Program-made: the position numbers and the translations under genes
The notes under the pieces: model-generated
Seen by the model: only the letters and a program-made list of their open reading frames with translations
What the model was told of the DNA's origin: nothing
Database searches by the model: none
NCBI RefSeq assembly: GCF_016432865.1
Contig: NC_067398.1
Coordinates: forward strand, 81,220,001-81,284,000
Direction: 5' to 3'
Source: Antechinus flavipes
Taxonomy: Eukaryota
DNA: 64,000 nt
Shown: in pieces, positions 61,361-64,000 of the stretch
Layout: every line of letters begins with the position of its first letter
Position numbering within the stretch: the first letter of the stretch is position 1

Positions 61361-61381
61361 GCATTAAGAGTACCGGAGAGG

Positions 61382-61716
61382 CTACACCCAGGGAAAGAAC
61401 TCTGGGAGATGACTGTGAACCACTACATAGAATTCCCAGTCCCTCTATTTTTGTCCATCTGCATTTTTGATTTCCTTCACAGGCTAATTGTACAATATTT
61501 CAAACTCCAATTCTTTTTGTACAGCAAAATAACTGTTGGGACATGTATGCTTTAACATCCTTAACATAGTATTGGTCAACCTGCCATCAGGGGGAGGGGA
61601 TGGAGAGAAGGAGGGGAAAAATGGGAATAAAAGGTTTGGCAAGTGTCAATGCTATAAAATCACCCATACATATATCTTGTAAACAAAAAGCTATAATAAA
61701 AAAATTAAAAAAAAAA
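61382..61716 (+). mobile_element. L1 3' end in ACY1 intron 5 (antisense to gene)
   Basis: L1 3'UTR plus A-tail; 16-bp TSD AAGAGTAC(C/T)GGAGAGG (61366-61381, 61717-61732), with a single CpG-type transition. Confidence 0.85.
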
Positions 61717-62414
61717 AAGAGTACTGGAGAGGGGACAGTTCAATTTATGTCCTGGACAAATCCCTTCAACAAGACCCAAGCTCAAATATAGCCTCAGAGA
61801 CTAACTGTGTGATGCTTGGTAAGACATTTGACTTGTCTGCCTCAGTTTCTTCAACTGTAAAATGGGAATTATAATAGCACCTATCTCTCAGGGTTGTGTG
61901 AGAATCAAATGAGATTATATTTGTAAAACACTTAACACAGTGCCCGACACATAGGTTCTATATAAATGCTAGCTATTTTTTAAAATTAGTCTGAAGAAGA
62001 GGCTAATATCAAATATTAGAGGCACTGAATTGTGGAAAGCAGATCAGACTGATTCTTCCTTTGTGGGCCTGGAGATATTTACTCAGGTTGATTTGACCCA
62101 TTATAAGGAGAAACTCTTAAGAATTTGCACTATCTTGGGCAGAAGAAAGGAGCTGTCTCCCCAGGCAAGCCTTGAGTTTCCTGTCCCTGTAGATCAAGGA
62201 TCAAGCTGAGCTTGGGAACATGTTGGGGATAAAGACTGACAGAAGGGACATGAGCAGGTAAACTCCTGTGTAGGTAGCCTGAGACTCAATGATCCCTTCT
62301 GATTCCCAGATTCTGACTCAATCAAAGCCCAGAAGAGGAGACGGGGTTATGTGGAGAGAGAAAGAGGTATGGTGGTATCCAGTCTTCCCAGTGGATGTGG
62401 ATTCAGAGACTCAC

Positions 62415-62509
62415 TGAATGCCAACACATTTCATGTCCTGAGCACCCCGAGCAAAAATGTTCCCTTGGGCATCCTTGAAGGCTTCAAAAGGATCATGATT
62501 CCAGTGTTC
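62415..62509 (-). CDS. ACY1: Aminoacylase-1 exon 5
   Basis: 95 nt, [31 protein letters not shown](Q). Contains the ARGAQDMK zinc-ligand motif; donor GTGAGT. Confidence 0.96.
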
Positions 62510-63842
62510 CTGAGGACAAAAAGAGCAAAGGGTCGAAGGGAAAGTTCCTGCTTACCTCCCATTCTTGTGATTTGTCCATAATACCTTTCCCCCAGCTTCC
62601 TCCATCTTTCACCTCTTTCAGGAAGCCTCCCTGGAAGGCTAGGTCTCCAGGCCCCCTACAGCAGCCTGGAATTTATTGTTCCCTCGTTTTAAACAGAACT
62701 CTCCCTACCAGCGCTCACATTAAGTGCCTATGTGTGTCATATATGACAATGCCCCCATTCCTCATTTAATCAGCACCCCTTCTCTAAACCATTCCCAGCT
62801 CTGCACACCCTTCCATCCAGGGCAGTTCCTTCCTGACCTCTGGCTACCCTAAGTAGCTTCCTTCCACTTCAGCCTTTATTCACATGGTTCTCAGGAGGAA
62901 CAGTGGACGGGCCTGGGCTTACACAACCCACAACAAAGGAACCACCTGGGAAAAGGCCTGAAGGAAGAAGATGAAATATTGGATATGGGGAGCAGACAAT
63001 ACGTCAAGGGGATGAGTGTCAAATGAGACTCGGAGAAAGGCAAATGGAGCCCCTTTTCAGAGGGCTTTCAATGCCATGCTCACGAGTTTACACAGATTTG
63101 TATTTTATCCAAGAGACAAAAGAACATGGAAAGGGTCAGAGCAGTGAATGGACATGTTGCATTTGTGCTAAGAGCTCCCAGGTTCAAGTTCCAATATTTC
63201 CTCTGTAAAATCAGGGAATTGGACTAAATAGGCGCCAAAGTCCCTTCTGCTTTTAAATCTGTGATCAGTAGTCAGTGCGCAGCTATTGAGAATTGGGGCA
63301 TTGGAAAGTGGGTAATAGCTCTGGTGTCTCCTTTGGATCATTTGTATGGAGCATTTTGCTACTCACACCACGTAGCTGCTAAGTCAGAAAGCCTCTGCTT
63401 CTGCTAACTGGGATCTTACCTAACAGCGCCCACAGTCATTCTTGCTGTCTCCCGTACTCTCCCCTATTTTAGATACACTGCTCTAGTCTCCAGCAATCAG
63501 GCTATGAGCTCTTGGACCATGTTATCTTTTTAGAGCTGCAAGACCTGAGTTCTTGTCTTGGCTTTGACCCCCTACTCAGTGACGGTGGACATATTTTTTA
63601 ATCCCCTCTAATCCTCAGTTGTTTCATCTATAAAAAGGGGATCATATTCACACAACCTGTTCCATGATGTGGTCGTGAGGAAAGCCCATAAGAAGCTTTC
63701 AGGCAGAAGGTGCTCATTGGTAGGTGGGCTTACTTGCCAAGCTTCCCTGAGTGACAAGGTGCTGGACCTTGCAACATGGAATCATGGGGAAGGATGCCAG
63801 AAGAGCCCTCCACCACCCCATCTTGGGGCCCTTGACATTTAC

Positions 63843-63947
63843 CTTGAAGACAGGCACCACATCGGTATGGGAGTTAAGCACAAGGGAACGGAGCCTGGGA
63901 TCTGTGCCTCTCCAGGTCAATATTGTCACCACTCGGTCTGGGGCCAC
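63843..63947 (-). CDS. ACY1: Aminoacylase-1 exon 4
   Basis: CAG|...|GT boundaries, 105 nt, [35 protein letters not shown]. Contains the M20 peptidase zinc-ligand motif SHTDVVP. Exons 1-3 lie beyond the window; exon numbering follows the human gene from memory. Confidence 0.96.
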
Positions 63948-64000
63948 CTGACAAAAGATAATGATGGGAGGATTGCAGAGGATTAAAGAGAGCATGAGGA

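Overview
Marsupial genomic DNA, not prokaryotic. A dasyurid such as the Tasmanian devil is inferred from WSINE1-, Mar1- and OC1-type repeats. The first ~45 kb is intergenic, dense in L1, L2, L3/CR1 and CORE-SINE fragments, with three assembly gaps and several unique motif-dense segments that look like enhancers. A complete RPL29 (eL29) gene lies on the + strand: TCT/TOP promoter ~46783 and coding exons 47784-47820, 48281-48345 and 51955-52596. It encodes 247 aa, including a 129-aa Lys/Pro/Ala/Thr/Ser/Asp 7-8-mer repeat tail. It converges tail-to-tail with ACY1 on the - strand, whose coding exons 4-15 (355 aa) are in the window with all catalytic residues intact; the 5' end of ACY1 lies beyond the window. 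Highlights: the expanded eL29 repeat tail; an OC1-like hAT MITE (a family known for horizontal transfer) in RPL29 intron 2; a possible upstream non-TOP RPL29 first exon; a nested L1 stack with a fold-back junction suggesting aborted twin priming; homeodomain and MEF2/E-box motif clusters; and a 46-bp minisatellite in ACY1 intron 7. Repeat family names and comparisons with human sequences are from memory, not database searches. Repeat boundaries are approximate unless a TSD or TIR is given.
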